Positions 11,724-23,101 of a stretch of DNA of 64,000 bases are shown here, one piece after another; the first letter of the stretch is position 1; each line of letters starts with the position of its first letter. The notes below the pieces were generated by a model. The model worked only from the letters and a program-made list of their open reading frames with translations. It ran no database searches and was not told where the DNA came from. The position numbers and the translations under genes were made by a program. The stretch is from Candidatus Oxydemutator sp. (lineage in GTDB: Bacteria > Pseudomonadota > Gammaproteobacteria > Poriferisulfidales > Oxydemutatoraceae). The stretch spans positions 2,240,001 through 2,304,000 of the forward strand of contig OZ241883.1 in assembly GCA_965203445.1 (NCBI GenBank), given 5' to 3'.

Positions 11724-12208
11724 CAGACTGCCTCCATGACCGCCGGTTCGCTCGCGGGCGGCGTATTGTGCTCGACCCAACGTTCCTCGCTCGGGCCGTC
11801 GCCGGGGGCGCCACCGGCGAGTCTTTCCTTTTTCCAGAACGGCGCCCTCGCCTTCAATTCCTCGACCAGCAAGCGATTGACGGCACAGGCCGCGCGCCGG
11901 TGCGCGGCCCAGACCGCGACCGCGACAATCGCATCGCCCGGATAGACCCAACCGACGCGGTGCGCGATGAACAGGTCCTCGACGGCGTGCAGTCGGCGCG
12001 CCTCCCGCGCCGCGCGACGCAGGAAGCGCTCCGTCATAGCGGGGTAATGCTCAAGCCACATCGCCTCGACGGCGGCGCCTTCGTTGCAGTCGCGCATCGT
12101 GCCGACGAACAGCGACTGCGCGCCGAAACTGCCGCGCCGCAAACGCTCCTGGTGCGCCCGCACCTTGCGCCACGGATCGAACGGTTTTTCAAGGATCTCT
12201 ATTTCCAA
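11723..12208 (-). CDS. moaE: Molybdopterin synthase catalytic subunit
   Basis: GAQSLFVGTMR, LEHYPAM, HRVG, AHRR, LKARAPFWKKE. Confidence 0.93.
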   Translation of the reverse strand: MEIEILEKPFDPWRKVRAHQERLRRGSFGAQSLFVGTMRDCNEGAAVEAMWLEHYPAMTERFLRRAAREARRLHAVEDLFIAHRVGWVYPGDAIVAVAVWAAHRRAACAVNRLLVEELKARAPFWKKERLAGGAPGDGPSEERWVEHNTPPASEPAVMEAV

Positions 12209-12275
12209 CGAAACCTCCGTCTGCGCAAGGAATTATATAGGAGATCCATGGGAATGATGGGAATTACACACGGCT

Positions 12276-13514
12276 TCAGGCGGGACAGCGGCGGTGCAGC
12301 AGCAGCGCGGTCAGCAGCATCAGCACGGCGGTGACTACGAAGGCTGCTTGCAGGCCGTCGTAGAATACCGCGACCGCGCCCAAGGTGCCGCTGCCGGCGG
12401 CGTAGCCGAAATCGCGCCAGAAACGATACACGCCCATCGCCGGCGCGCGCAGCGCGGGCGAACTGAAGCGGCTGATGACCGTGCTCAACGTCGGGTAGAG
12501 CAGGCCCATGCCGACGCCCATTATCAGCGCGTTGGCGTACCACCACGCCGGATGGTCGAACGCGAGTATCGTGAGCGCGGTGACGCCGCACAGCACCATG
12601 CCGGAGTTGATAAGCCACTTCAATGAGACGCGGTCCGCGAGCAATCCCGACGGCAGTTGCACGACGCCCCACGCGACCGCGTAGGTGCCGGTGATCAGGC
12701 CGATCTGCGGCAGCGAAAATCCGCGCCGGTAGAGATAGACCGGAAACACGACCCACACCAGCACGTCTATGAATTTCTCGACCAGGCCGGCCAGGCACAC
12801 CACCGACGAAACCTTGTCGCCGAAACTGACGTGCCAAAACGTGCCGCGCCCCGTGCCGGCCTTTTGCGCGCTATCGCGTCTTGCGCCGGCGTCCTTGACG
12901 GCCGCGGGCAGCGTCTCGAAACACAATATCGAGGCCAACGACAATGCGACGCCTATCATCAACGTGCTGAATACGAGCAGTCCGGCGCGGGTACCGAGCG
13001 CCAGCACCAGTTCCGGCGTCAGGTAGCCGCCGAGCGCGACGCCGAAATAGCCGGCGAATTCGTTCCAGCCGATGACGGTGCCGTGGCGCTCGCGCGCGAC
13101 CAGATCGAGTTTGGCGATCTGCGACATGGACCAGCAGCAACCCTGCTGCGCGCCGAGCAGCACGGTGGCGACGACGATCCACCACCAGTCGGCGGCGTAC
13201 ACCAGCATCGCCGGGATCGGCACCGCGAACAGCCAGCCGACGACGAGGACACGCTTGCGTCCGTGGAGATTCGACAGGCCGCCGGCCCACAGGTTCGCAA
13301 AACTCTTGACAACGCCGAAAGCCAGGACGAAACTGGCGAGCAACAGGTACGAGTCGCGCGGCACCTGGAACTCGGTCTCGGACATGACCGGAATGACCGT
13401 GCGAAACAAACCCAGCGTCATGCCGGTGAAGAAAACCTGCAATACGAACTGCGCCAGTTGGAAGCGCCGCGAACGGACGTCGAAGCGGGCGAGGTTTTCG
13501 ATGGCATACCGCAT
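12276..13514 (-). CDS. MFS transporter
   Basis: ~12 hydrophobic segments, G..S..HGRKRV motif A, GVYRFWRDFGY. Confidence 0.9.
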   Translation of the reverse strand: MRYAIENLARFDVRSRRFQLAQFVLQVFFTGMTLGLFRTVIPVMSETEFQVPRDSYLLLASFVLAFGVVKSFANLWAGGLSNLHGRKRVLVVGWLFAVPIPAMLVYAADWWWIVVATVLLGAQQGCCWSMSQIAKLDLVARERHGTVIGWNEFAGYFGVALGGYLTPELVLALGTRAGLLVFSTLMIGVALSLASILCFETLPAAVKDAGARRDSAQKAGTGRGTFWHVSFGDKVSSVVCLAGLVEKFIDVLVWVVFPVYLYRRGFSLPQIGLITGTYAVAWGVVQLPSGLLADRVSLKWLINSGMVLCGVTALTILAFDHPAWWYANALIMGVGMGLLYPTLSTVISRFSSPALRAPAMGVYRFWRDFGYAAGSGTLGAVAVFYDGLQAAFVVTAVLMLLTALLLHRRCPA

Positions 13515-13541
13515 GGTGTATCCCGCCGATTATAAAGCGCC

Positions 13542-14294
13542 GTGAAGAAACACCCGTTCATTGCCGCCGGCGTGGTGCTCGCGCTGCTCGCGTGGGGCGG
13601 CTACACGCTGCTGGGGCCGGGGTCGCCGTGGCGCGCGCCCGAAATCGGCGCCGGCAACGGCGACGGATTGTGGCGCGGGCACTTCGACATCAACCGGCGC
13701 GGTCGTTACGAGTTCACCGCGCTGCACGTCGGCGGGCGGCTCATCGCGCTCAGTCCCGACGCGCGCGTCGCCTACCGCGGCGACGTCGCTTTCGACGACG
13801 GCCGCTACCACGCCGAGATGGACATGTACTTCATCAACGGTTCGCCGTTTGATCGGGTGACGCTCGACGGCGACGTGACGTCCGCGCAGCGTATCGAGGC
13901 GCGCTTTACGACGCTCGGCGCCAAGGACGAAGGCAGCCTGGTGCTCGAATACGACCGGGCGCTGTACGAGAAAGGCGCTTCGCTCGAACGAGTACGCGGA
14001 CGGTGGATACTCTACGAAGGATTCACGATCGCCAGGTTCACGATCAAGGATGACGGCAAATTCCACGGCGCCGACGCCAACGGCTGCGACTACCAGGGCC
14101 TGATCGAGGTCATCAACCCCGACTACAACGCGTACCGCACGAGGCTGCTGGCGTCGTCGTGCGACGGCCTAGGCGGAGAGTTTGCGGGCATGGCGTTTTT
14201 GACCGGCAGCCTCGCCGAGGACGACACCCTGCACGTGCAGGTCGCGAACGACAACCGCGGGCTGTACATGCCGATCGTGCGTGACCGCGGCTGA
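13542..14294 (+). CDS. Hypothetical exported protein
   Basis: N-terminal hydrophobic segment, beta-rich body; fills the gap between the MFS gene and the tRNA. Confidence 0.65.
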   Translation: MKKHPFIAAGVVLALLAWGGYTLLGPGSPWRAPEIGAGNGDGLWRGHFDINRRGRYEFTALHVGGRLIALSPDARVAYRGDVAFDDGRYHAEMDMYFINGSPFDRVTLDGDVTSAQRIEARFTTLGAKDEGSLVLEYDRALYEKGASLERVRGRWILYEGFTIARFTIKDDGKFHGADANGCDYQGLIEVINPDYNAYRTRLLASSCDGLGGEFAGMAFLTGSLAEDDTLHVQVANDNRGLYMPIVRDRG

Positions 14295-14336
14295 GGCGGC
14301 GGCGACCGCTACGCCGACACTTGTATCCAGCGACGG

Positions 14337-14412
<76 letters not shown>

Positions 14413-14454
14413 ACGCGACGGACGCGCGCAATGTAGCACACGCGCCGCGCGTGC

Positions 14455-15234
14455 TCAACCGGTCACGCCGCGCGTGCTCGATTCGAGGAACTCTATCAGG
14501 ACTTTTACCTCGGGATGTTCGCGCGCGACTTCGAGGTGCCTGTCCAAATAACTACGCAGTCCGCCCGGCGTGCGCACCAGATCGAGATAAGCGTTGTGCA
14601 GCGCGCGGATTTTGTCGTCGGCGAAACCGGCGCGACGCAGCCCGACCTTGTTCAGGCCGTGGGTCCTGGCGGGGTTGCCCGAGGCCAGCGTGTACGGCGG
14701 CAGATCCTTCGAGAAGGCGCTGCCCTTGCCGCTGAACGCATAGGAGCCGACGCGGCAAAACTGGTGGATCAGGCTGAAGCCGCCGAGCGTCGCGTGGTCG
14801 CACACCTCGACGTGGCCGCCGAGCGACGCGCCGTTGGCGAAGATCACGTGGTCGCCGACGACACAGTCGTGGGCGACGTGCACGTAGGCCATCAACAGGT
14901 TGTCGTCGCCGACGACGGTCTTGCCAAGCGCCACGCCGGTGCCTCGGTGGAGCGTGCAGTATTCGCGGATGACGTTGCGCTCGCCGATGATCAGTTCGGT
15001 GCGCTCGCCGCGAAATTTCTTATCCTGCGGTTCCTCGCCGACCGAGGCGAACTGAAAAATGCGGTTGTCGCGGCCGATCGAGGTCGGCCCCTTGACGACG
15101 ACGTGGGGGCCTATGCGGGTGCCGGCGCCGATCACGACGCCGGCGCCGATGACGCTGTAGGCGCCGACCGAGACGTCGGGCGCAAGTTCGGCCGCGGCGT
15201 CCACTATCGCGGTCGAATGTACGTCGGCGCCCAC
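14455..15234 (-). CDS. lpxA: UDP-N-acetylglucosamine acyltransferase
   Basis: Hexapeptide repeats, PQDKKF, HRGT, HVAHDC. Confidence 0.96.
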   Translation of the reverse strand: MGADVHSTAIVDAAAELAPDVSVGAYSVIGAGVVIGAGTRIGPHVVVKGPTSIGRDNRIFQFASVGEEPQDKKFRGERTELIIGERNVIREYCTLHRGTGVALGKTVVGDDNLLMAYVHVAHDCVVGDHVIFANGASLGGHVEVCDHATLGGFSLIHQFCRVGSYAFSGKGSAFSKDLPPYTLASGNPARTHGLNKVGLRRAGFADDKIRALHNAYLDLVRTPGGLRSYLDRHLEVAREHPEVKVLIEFLESSTRGVTG

Positions 15235-15249
15235 GTCCGTTCCGCGCGG

Positions 15250-15677
<428 letters not shown>

Positions 15678-15681
<4 letters not shown>

Positions 15682-16721
15682 CGTCGCTCCCCGCCCCCGA
15701 CGGCGTCCCCTTTCTCGAGCGCGCCGACGCGCCTTGCCAATTCGTCGAGGCGCCGGTGCCGCGAGGCACTGCGCAACCATTCGCGGTGCGGCTGGTGCGG
15801 CAGGCACGACGTATAGCGCCCGGCCCTGGGGATGGACTTGGTGACCGCGGTCATGCCGGAGATGACGACGTCGTCGCCGATCTCGACGTGGCCCTGGATA
15901 CCGGAGTGGCCGCCGATCATGCAGCGCCTGCCGATGACGGCGCTGCCGGCGATGCCGACGCAGCCGGCGATCGCGGTGTCATCGCCGATGCGCACGTTGT
16001 GCCCTATCTGAACCAGGTTGTCTATCTTGACCCCATTGCCGATGACGGTGGCGTCGAGGGCGCCGCGATCTATCGTCGTGTTGGCGCCGATCTCGACGTC
16101 GTCGCCGATCTCGACGCCGCCCAGCTGCTCGATCTTGACCCAGCGCCCGGCGCGGTTGGCATAGCCGAAACCGTCGGCGCCGATGACCGCGCCCGGATGG
16201 ATCACGACCGCGCACCCCAGGCGCACCCCGCGTTGCAGCGTGACCCGCGCGACCAGGCGGCAACGGCGGCCGATGCGGCAATTCTCCATCAGCACGCAAT
16301 TCGGGCCTATGACCGTGCCGTCGCCGAGGCGGCAGCCGGAGGCGACGACGCTGCCGGCCGCGATCGCGACGTCCTCGCCCAGAACGGCGTCGGCGGCGAC
16401 GACCGCGGTCGGATGCAGGCCTGGGCACGGTGCGTGATCGCGGCGGAACAACCGCGAGATGTCGGCGAAGGCCAGGTAGGGATCGTCGCAGACCAGCGCC
16501 GGCAGACGGCACGCGGCGCCGTCGGCGGCGCGCAGCACGATGGCCGAGGCGCGCGTCCCGGCGAGCAGATGGCGGTGCCTGGAGTCGCCGAGAAACGTCA
16601 GCTGGCCGGCGCGCGCGCGGTCGAGACTGCCGAGGCCGCGGATCTCCGGATCGCCCGCGCCCCTGCGCTCGGCACCGGAGTACTCCGCCAGTTCGGACAG
16701 CGTGTAGCTCCTTGTTTGCAT
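15678..16721 (-). CDS. lpxD: UDP-3-O-acylglucosamine N-acyltransferase
   Basis: [30 protein letters not shown]. Confidence 0.97.
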
Positions 16722-16747
16722 CGGCGCGGACGGCGGCGCGGCGGCGG

Positions 16748-17356
16748 CTACCGCGCGCGTTTCTCCAACACTTTGAGCACGCGGTCGGTGACGTCTATGC
16801 GCTCGCTCGCGTAGATGACGGGTTCCGATACGATCAGGTCGAACTTGTCCTTCTTCGCAATATCCGAGATCACCTTGGCCACCATCTTCCGGATCTCGGC
16901 CAGTTCCTCGTCTCTGCGCTCGGTGAAATCGCTCTGGAAGTCCTCCTTGCGCGAGCGCAGTTTGCGCCCCTTCGATATGATCTCGCGCTCGAGGCGTTTT
17001 TTCCGCTTCGCCTCCATCTTGTCGCGGTTGCGGCGCAGCCGGTCCTCAAGCCTGCCGATCTGCTCCTCGCTCTCGCGCAGTTTGTCGCCACGACCGGAAA
17101 ACTCCTTCTCGAGACGCTCTTTCGCGGCCTTCGCCTGCGGTGCCTCCTGCATCACGCGCCCTAGGTTGACGAAACCGACGGTGAGGGATTTCTGCGCCGC
17201 CAGCGGCTGCCACGACAGCGCCGCGCCCAGGCACAGCGCCAGCGCCGCTTTCGGCGTCGTCCGCGGCGCGCGCGCCGCGGCTTCAGAAACTCGCGCCGAA
17301 GTCGAACTGAAAGGATTCGGTATCGTCATCGCGTTCGTCATTATAATGCGTCGCAA
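16748..17356 (-). CDS. skp: Skp/OmpH chaperone (start uncertain)
   Basis: VGFVN, coiled coil, [12 protein letters not shown]; between bamA and lpxD. Confidence 0.88.
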   Translation of the reverse strand: MRRIIMTNAMTIPNPFSSTSARVSEAAARAPRTTPKAALALCLGAALSWQPLAAQKSLTVGFVNLGRVMQEAPQAKAAKERLEKEFSGRGDKLRESEEQIGRLEDRLRRNRDKMEAKRKKRLEREIISKGRKLRSRKEDFQSDFTERRDEELAEIRKMVAKVISDIAKKDKFDLIVSEPVIYASERIDVTDRVLKVLEKRAR

Positions 17357-19664
17357 AGTTAAAAGTAACCGCGCCGATGGCGGTCAGCCAGCTTACGTTC
17401 AAGCCGGCCGAACCGCGCAGGTCGCCCAGCGAAAAATCGCTGAATTTCTCGGTCACGTTGCCGACGTCGGTGAACAGGCTCAGGCGCAGTCTTGCCGGGT
17501 CGTAGACCACGCCGCTCGGGAAAAACAAGTCGAAATTTCCGAGCAGCCTGAAATTCCCGCCGATGGCGTCGTCCGGATCCACCGGATCCTTCGGGCCGAT
17601 CGAGTTGTTCTGGTAGCCGCGCACGCTGCGGGTACCGCCGGCGTAGTAGCGGTCGTAAAACGGCACGTCCGGGGTGTCGCTGAGCGCGCTCGCGTACGAT
17701 ACGGTGGCGCGCGGCGAAAACACGAACCTGCGCTTGTCGTCGAGCGGCAGATAATGGTTTTGCGAATAATTCAGCTTGACGTAGCTCAAGCCGCCGCCGG
17801 GGCCGTATATTTCCGCCGAGCTGCGGATGCGCGCGCCCTCGGTCGTGAACAGCGAACGGTCGCGCGTGTCGTACACCAGGTTGGCGCTCACGATGTAGTT
17901 TCTGAACCGGAGGGCGTAGTCGTAGGGACCGCCGACGTCGGTGCCGACCTCGGGAATAAAGTCCTCGGCGAAGGCGCACAAATCGGTGCGGCGCCCGCTG
18001 GTGCAAGGCACGTCGAGACGTATGTCCTGAAAGCGGACGCCGAGTCCCAGCACGTCCGATTCGGAAATCGGAACGCCGTAATTGAGCGACAAGTTCAGCT
18101 CGTCGGTGTCGGCCGCGGTCAGGTTGAGACGATTGTTGCCGTAATCCACCGAGCGGTAGCTCATCCGCCACGAGCGACTGACGCCGTCCATCGTGTGATA
18201 GGGATCCAAAAAGCCGAGCGCATAGCGCGCGCTCGAGGCGCTGTTGTCGAAGGCGAAATCCACGCGGTTGCCGCTGCCGAGAAAATTGTCCTGGGCGACG
18301 CTCAGAGACAGAACGCCGCCTTCGTTGTCGGAGTAGCCGGCGCCGACGTTGAAATTGCCGGACAGGCGCTCGCTGACCTCAAAACCGAGATCCAGCTGGT
18401 CGCCGGTGTCCACGACCGGCTTCTCCTCGATCGAGACCTCGGATACGTACGGAAGCCGTTGCAGGCGGCGGCGCGACAGTTCGACGTTTCCGGCCGAGTA
18501 GGCCGCACCCTCGAGCTGGCGCAGCTCGCGCCGAAACACCTCGTCGTCGGTGGTCTCGTTGCCGTGAATTTCGATGCGGCGCACGTAGGTGCGCTTGCCG
18601 GGGACTACGAAAAACGCAAGATCCACGCTGGAGGTTCCCGGCTGCTGCTCGGGCATAACCTGGGTCTTGGCGAACGCATAGCCCTGGTCTTTCAAGCGCC
18701 GCGTGATCTCGTCGCTGAGCGCCAGCGTCTCGCCGCGCGAGAAAATCCTGCCCTCGAGCGGACGCACCAGCTTGCGCAAGGCGCCGCGCCCGGGCACGCG
18801 CGCGCCGGTCACGTGCACGTCGCGGATACGGTAGCGGCGTCCCTCGACGACCTTGATCAGCACGTCTATGTAGCGCTTGTCCGGCGTCAGCGTAACGCGC
18901 GTCTCGGCGACCTCGAAATCGAGATAGCCGCGGTCGAAGTAGAGGTTGCGCAAGCGCTCGAGGTCGCTTTCGAGCTTGAACTTCGAGTACTGATCCTTGC
19001 TGCCCCAGAAGTCGTACCAGGCCCTGGCGCCGGACTCGAAATCCTCCTTGATCTGGTCCTCGGGAATGACGCGGTTGCCGGCGATGCGAACGCCGCGGAT
19101 GATCGCGCTCTCGCCCTCGTCTATCGTGATCACCAGGCGCACTTGGTGCTCCGGCGCCTCCAGCGCCTGAAGACGCACTTTCACGCCGTACTTGCCAAGC
19201 GCGTAATACTGCTGCTTGAGTTCCTGGCGCAGCCGCTCGAACGTGGCGCGGTCGTAGATGCGCCCGACCGCGACCTCGATCTCGGCCAGCCCCTCGAGCA
19301 GCGCCTCGTCCGGGATCGCCTCGTTGCCGCTGATCTCGAGCGCCGCGATGCCCGGCCTCTCGCGCACGACGAACACCAGCTTGCGGCCTTCGCGGCGCAG
19401 CACGAGGTCCTCGAACAATCCCGAACCGTAGAGTTCGTTCATGACGCCGGGCGCGTCGGCCGGATCGAAGGAATCGCCGACCCGCACCGACAGATTCGAG
19501 AACACCTGGCCGGGGCGGACGCGCTGCAGGCCCTCGACCTCGACGTCGCTTATGACAAAGCGCGCGGCGTCGCGCTGGGCCGCGGCCGCGGCCGCCAGCG
19601 TCAGCAGGCAAAGCGCAAGCGCGCCTCGGCGCAAGCGCCCGCTTCGCGTAGTCCCCCGTGGCAA
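17283..19664 (-). CDS. bamA: Outer membrane protein assembly factor BamA (start approximate)
   Basis: POTRA repeats (VEGLQRV, GNETTDDEVFRRE), SVRGY, C-terminal FQFDFGASF. Confidence 0.95.
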   Translation of the reverse strand: MPRGTTRSGRLRRGALALCLLTLAAAAAAQRDAARFVISDVEVEGLQRVRPGQVFSNLSVRVGDSFDPADAPGVMNELYGSGLFEDLVLRREGRKLVFVVRERPGIAALEISGNEAIPDEALLEGLAEIEVAVGRIYDRATFERLRQELKQQYYALGKYGVKVRLQALEAPEHQVRLVITIDEGESAIIRGVRIAGNRVIPEDQIKEDFESGARAWYDFWGSKDQYSKFKLESDLERLRNLYFDRGYLDFEVAETRVTLTPDKRYIDVLIKVVEGRRYRIRDVHVTGARVPGRGALRKLVRPLEGRIFSRGETLALSDEITRRLKDQGYAFAKTQVMPEQQPGTSSVDLAFFVVPGKRTYVRRIEIHGNETTDDEVFRRELRQLEGAAYSAGNVELSRRRLQRLPYVSEVSIEEKPVVDTGDQLDLGFEVSERLSGNFNVGAGYSDNEGGVLSLSVAQDNFLGSGNRVDFAFDNSASSARYALGFLDPYHTMDGVSRSWRMSYRSVDYGNNRLNLTAADTDELNLSLNYGVPISESDVLGLGVRFQDIRLDVPCTSGRRTDLCAFAEDFIPEVGTDVGGPYDYALRFRNYIVSANLVYDTRDRSLFTTEGARIRSSAEIYGPGGGLSYVKLNYSQNHYLPLDDKRRFVFSPRATVSYASALSDTPDVPFYDRYYAGGTRSVRGYQNNSIGPKDPVDPDDAIGGNFRLLGNFDLFFPSGVVYDPARLRLSLFTDVGNVTEKFSDFSLGDLRGSAGLNVSWLTAIGAVTFNFATHYNDERDDDTESFQFDFGASF

Positions 19665-19672
19665 AAGCTCTA

Positions 19673-21043
19673 TCAGAAATTCGACAACAGCAGGCGGTCT
19701 ACGTCGTTGTAGATCGCGAGCAGAAAGAGCATACCGAGCAGCGCGATACCGATAATCTGCGCGCGCGCCTCGGCGCGCCTCGACAACGGCGATCCTTTGA
19801 TCCACTCGATCAGGTAATACAGCAGGTGGCCGCCGTCCAACACCGGAATCGGCAGCAGGTTGAGGATACCGATACTGATGCTGAGCAGGGCCATGGTCGT
19901 GAGATACGCCACAAACCCCATCAAAAACGAAGCGCCGGCGAATTCCGCGATCGTCAGCGGGCCGCTTACGTGCTCGAAGGACACGTGTCCCGTCAGCATG
20001 CGCCCGATGAACTTGAGCGTCATCCACGACATCGCGACGGTCTCGGAAAACGCGCGCGCCACCGCCGCAAGCGGGCCGTAACGCACCAGCACCCGATAGC
20101 GCTGCAACGACTCCGGCGACGCCTCGGGCGCGGCGCCGATGCGTCCGATCCGCTCGCCGCCCTGGGCGACTTCGTCTATCGCCAGCGACAGCGACAGCAG
20201 CGCGCCGTCGCGCTCGATCACGACCGGCACGACGCGCCCCGGGCGCGCGCGCACGTCCTCGACCAGAGCACGCCAGCCGGACACGTCGCGCCCGTCGAAA
20301 ACCGCGACGCGGTCGCCGACCATGACGCCGCTGCGCAGCGCCGAGCCGGAAGGCGTCAGCTCGCCAATCACCGCCGGCAACGAAGGCACTTGCGGCGTAA
20401 CGCCGAGGCGCGCAAGCAGCGAGCTTTTGACGTCATACATGTCCTGTCCCGCCAAGTCGAGCACCAGGCGCCTGCGTTCGCCGGCGTTTGTGACCTCGAG
20501 CGGCACGCGCGTGTCGGCGTCGAGCGACGCGTCCAGCAACGTCAACACCACGTCCTTCCAACCGTGCACGTCGCGCCCGGCGACCGCTACGATCTCGTCG
20601 TCGGCGACCAGCCCGGCGCGCATCGCCGCGCTGTCGGGCGCCACCGCGCCGACCAGCGGGCGCACCTGATAAACGCCGACCACGGCGATGACGAAGTACA
20701 ACAAAAACGCGAGCAGCAGGTTGGCGGCCGGCCCGGCGGCGACGATGGCGGCGCGCGCGTGGAGCGGCTGGTTGTTGAACGCGCGCGACGCCTGCTCCGG
20801 CGCGACCTCCCCTTCGCGCTCGTCAAGCATCTTGACGTAGCCTCCGAGCGGCAGCATGCCGACCACGTACTCGGTGCGGTCGGCGCCGGCGATTCGGCGG
20901 TACAGGGGTCTGCCGAAACCGATGGAAAACCGGATTACCTTGACGCCGAAACGCCGCGCCACCCAATAATGGCCGAATTCATGAAAGGCGATCAGTATGC
21001 CGATGGCAACGATGAACCCTATGGCGCCGAACAAAAATGACAT
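19673..21043 (-). CDS. rseP: RIP metalloprotease RseP
   Basis: HEFGH, PLGGYVKM, AGPAAN, two PDZ domains, NLLPIPVLDGGH. Confidence 0.97.
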   Translation of the reverse strand: MSFLFGAIGFIVAIGILIAFHEFGHYWVARRFGVKVIRFSIGFGRPLYRRIAGADRTEYVVGMLPLGGYVKMLDEREGEVAPEQASRAFNNQPLHARAAIVAAGPAANLLLAFLLYFVIAVVGVYQVRPLVGAVAPDSAAMRAGLVADDEIVAVAGRDVHGWKDVVLTLLDASLDADTRVPLEVTNAGERRRLVLDLAGQDMYDVKSSLLARLGVTPQVPSLPAVIGELTPSGSALRSGVMVGDRVAVFDGRDVSGWRALVEDVRARPGRVVPVVIERDGALLSLSLAIDEVAQGGERIGRIGAAPEASPESLQRYRVLVRYGPLAAVARAFSETVAMSWMTLKFIGRMLTGHVSFEHVSGPLTIAEFAGASFLMGFVAYLTTMALLSISIGILNLLPIPVLDGGHLLYYLIEWIKGSPLSRRAEARAQIIGIALLGMLFLLAIYNDVDRLLLSNF

Positions 21044-21102
21044 GTCTGCTCCCGCTTGCCTCAGACCGCGCCATTATACGGCAACCGCGCGCCCCGGCCG
21101 CG

Positions 21103-22278
21103 CTATCGGCGCCAGGAGCGCGTCAGACGCGCCGCGTGGGCGCGCGCCCTGGCGCCGGCCTCGAGCACCTCGTCGAGGGTGCCGGCCGGCGCGGCGCCCA
21201 ACGCCGACAAGGTTTCCTCGTTGACGCGGGCGATCGCGGGAAAGGCGACGTCGCCGGCCAGGAAGGCGCGCACCGCCTCCTCGTTGGCGGCGTTGAGCAC
21301 CGCGGGCGCGGCGCCGCCCGCTTCGAGCGCGGCGTAGGCCAGCGCCAAACACGGGAAACGCGCGCTCTCGACCTCGCCGAACGCGAGCGCCCCGCAGCGC
21401 GCCAAGTCGAGCGTCGCGACGCCGCTGGTGATACGCCGCGGCCACGCCAGCGCGGCGGCAATCGGCACGCGCATGTCCGGCGCGGCCATGTGCGCCAACG
21501 TGGTGCCGTCGCGCAGCTGCACGAGGCCGTGGACGATGCTCTGGGGGTGGATCCAGACGGCGATACGCGCACGCTCGAGGCCGAACAGCCAATGCGCTTC
21601 GATGACCTCCAGGCCCTTGTTCATCATGGTCGCCGAGTCCACCGAGATTTTGCGCCCCATGCGCCAGTTCGGGTGTGCGCACGCCTGATCGGGGGTAATC
21701 GCGTCAAAATCTTCGAGCGGGCGCGTCAGAAAAGGGCCGCCCGACGCCGTCAACACGATCCTGTCCACGTCGCTCCCCGCGCGCAACCCCCCCAGGCACT
21801 GGAAGATCGCGTTGTGCTCGCTGTCTATCGGCAGCAACTCGGCGCCGCCGTCGCGCACGGCGCGCATGAAGAACTCGCCGGCGGTGACCAGCGCCTCCTT
21901 GTTCGCGAGCAGCAATCGCTTGCCGGCGCGCGCCGCCGCCAGCGCCGCCGGCAGGCCGGCGGCGCCGGCAATGCCGGCGACGACCGTGTCGCAATCGTCA
22001 GCCGCGGCGACCTCGACCAGCGCCCGTTCGCCGGCGGCGGCGCGCGCCTTCAGTTTGCGCTCGCGCAGACATTGTTCCAGGCGCGGCAGACTCGCGGCGT
22101 CGGCGACGACCGCAAGCCGCGGGTGGAACTCGGCGCACAGCCCGGCCAGACGCTCGGCGTCGCGGTGTGCGGTCAGCGCGAACACGCGCATGCTTTCGCG
22201 GTTGCCGCGCACGACCTCGAGCGTGCTGGCGCCGATGCTGCCGGTGGCGCCCAGTAGCGCGAGCGAGCGCGTCGTCAT
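21103..22278 (-). CDS. dxr: DXP reductoisomerase
   Basis: LGATGSIG, LANKE, PIDSEH, TASGGPF, HPNWRMGRKISVDS. Confidence 0.97.
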   Translation of the reverse strand: MTTRSLALLGATGSIGASTLEVVRGNRESMRVFALTAHRDAERLAGLCAEFHPRLAVVADAASLPRLEQCLRERKLKARAAAGERALVEVAAADDCDTVVAGIAGAAGLPAALAAARAGKRLLLANKEALVTAGEFFMRAVRDGGAELLPIDSEHNAIFQCLGGLRAGSDVDRIVLTASGGPFLTRPLEDFDAITPDQACAHPNWRMGRKISVDSATMMNKGLEVIEAHWLFGLERARIAVWIHPQSIVHGLVQLRDGTTLAHMAAPDMRVPIAAALAWPRRITSGVATLDLARCGALAFGEVESARFPCLALAYAALEAGGAAPAVLNAANEEAVRAFLAGDVAFPAIARVNEETLSALGAAPAGTLDEVLEAGARARAHAARLTRSWRR

Positions 22279-23081
22279 CACAGGTACGACAGGCCGAGCA
22301 GGAAAACCGGCGCCGCCGCCAGTTGCGAGTCCAGGCGGTCGAGCACGCCGCCGTGTCCGGGCAACGCGCGGCCGCTGTCCTTGACACCGGCGCGGCGCTT
22401 GGCCATGCTCACGGTCAAATCGCCGACGACGCCCATCAGACAGACGAACAGGCTCAGCAACAGGAGATACACGGCGTCGAGGACGCCGAGGCCGAGCCAC
22501 GACGCGGCGAGCGCGCCGAGCACGAAGGCCGCGGCAAGCGCACCGAGCAGCCCTTCGCGGGTCTTGCCGGGACTCAGGTCCGGACATAGCCTGCGTCGCC
22601 CGAAGCGGCGTCCCGCGTAATACGCCGCGACGTCGCAGGCGGCCGTCAGCAGTATCACGTACAGCAACCAGCCACGATGCAGCAGGTGCAGACCCGCGAC
22701 CGCGTGCCAAAAAGCCGCGGCCGCGACCACGAAGTGCGCCGACAAGGCCCACAAGAACCAGGTGCGCCCGCAAAACCCGCTGGAAAACGCGGCGACCAGC
22801 ACCGTCATCGCCAGCCACCAGGACACCGCCACGAACAGCCAAGTGCGGTCGGGCGACGGCGCCAGAAGAATCCACAGCGACGCCGTGAACGCGGCGCATA
22901 TCGCCGGATACAGCCAGCGCGGGGCGCGCGCGGCGACCAGGGCGCCCCATTCATAAGCACCCCAGGCGGCTATGAGCGCGACGGCGACCAGCAGCGCGTC
23001 GCGCGGCAGCCACCAGACCGCCGGCGCCACGACCGCCGCCAGCGCCGCGCCGACCGCCAGGCGCATGCGCCGATCGTCCAT
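22278..23081 (-). CDS. cdsA: Phosphatidate cytidylyltransferase
   Basis: SPGKTREG, KRRAGVKDSG..LPGHGGVLDRLDS. Confidence 0.95.
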   Translation of the reverse strand: MDDRRMRLAVGAALAAVVAPAVWWLPRDALLVAVALIAAWGAYEWGALVAARAPRWLYPAICAAFTASLWILLAPSPDRTWLFVAVSWWLAMTVLVAAFSSGFCGRTWFLWALSAHFVVAAAAFWHAVAGLHLLHRGWLLYVILLTAACDVAAYYAGRRFGRRRLCPDLSPGKTREGLLGALAAAFVLGALAASWLGLGVLDAVYLLLLSLFVCLMGVVGDLTVSMAKRRAGVKDSGRALPGHGGVLDRLDSQLAAAPVFLLGLSYL

Positions 23082-23101
23082 GCCCGGCCTAGGCCTCGAC
23101 T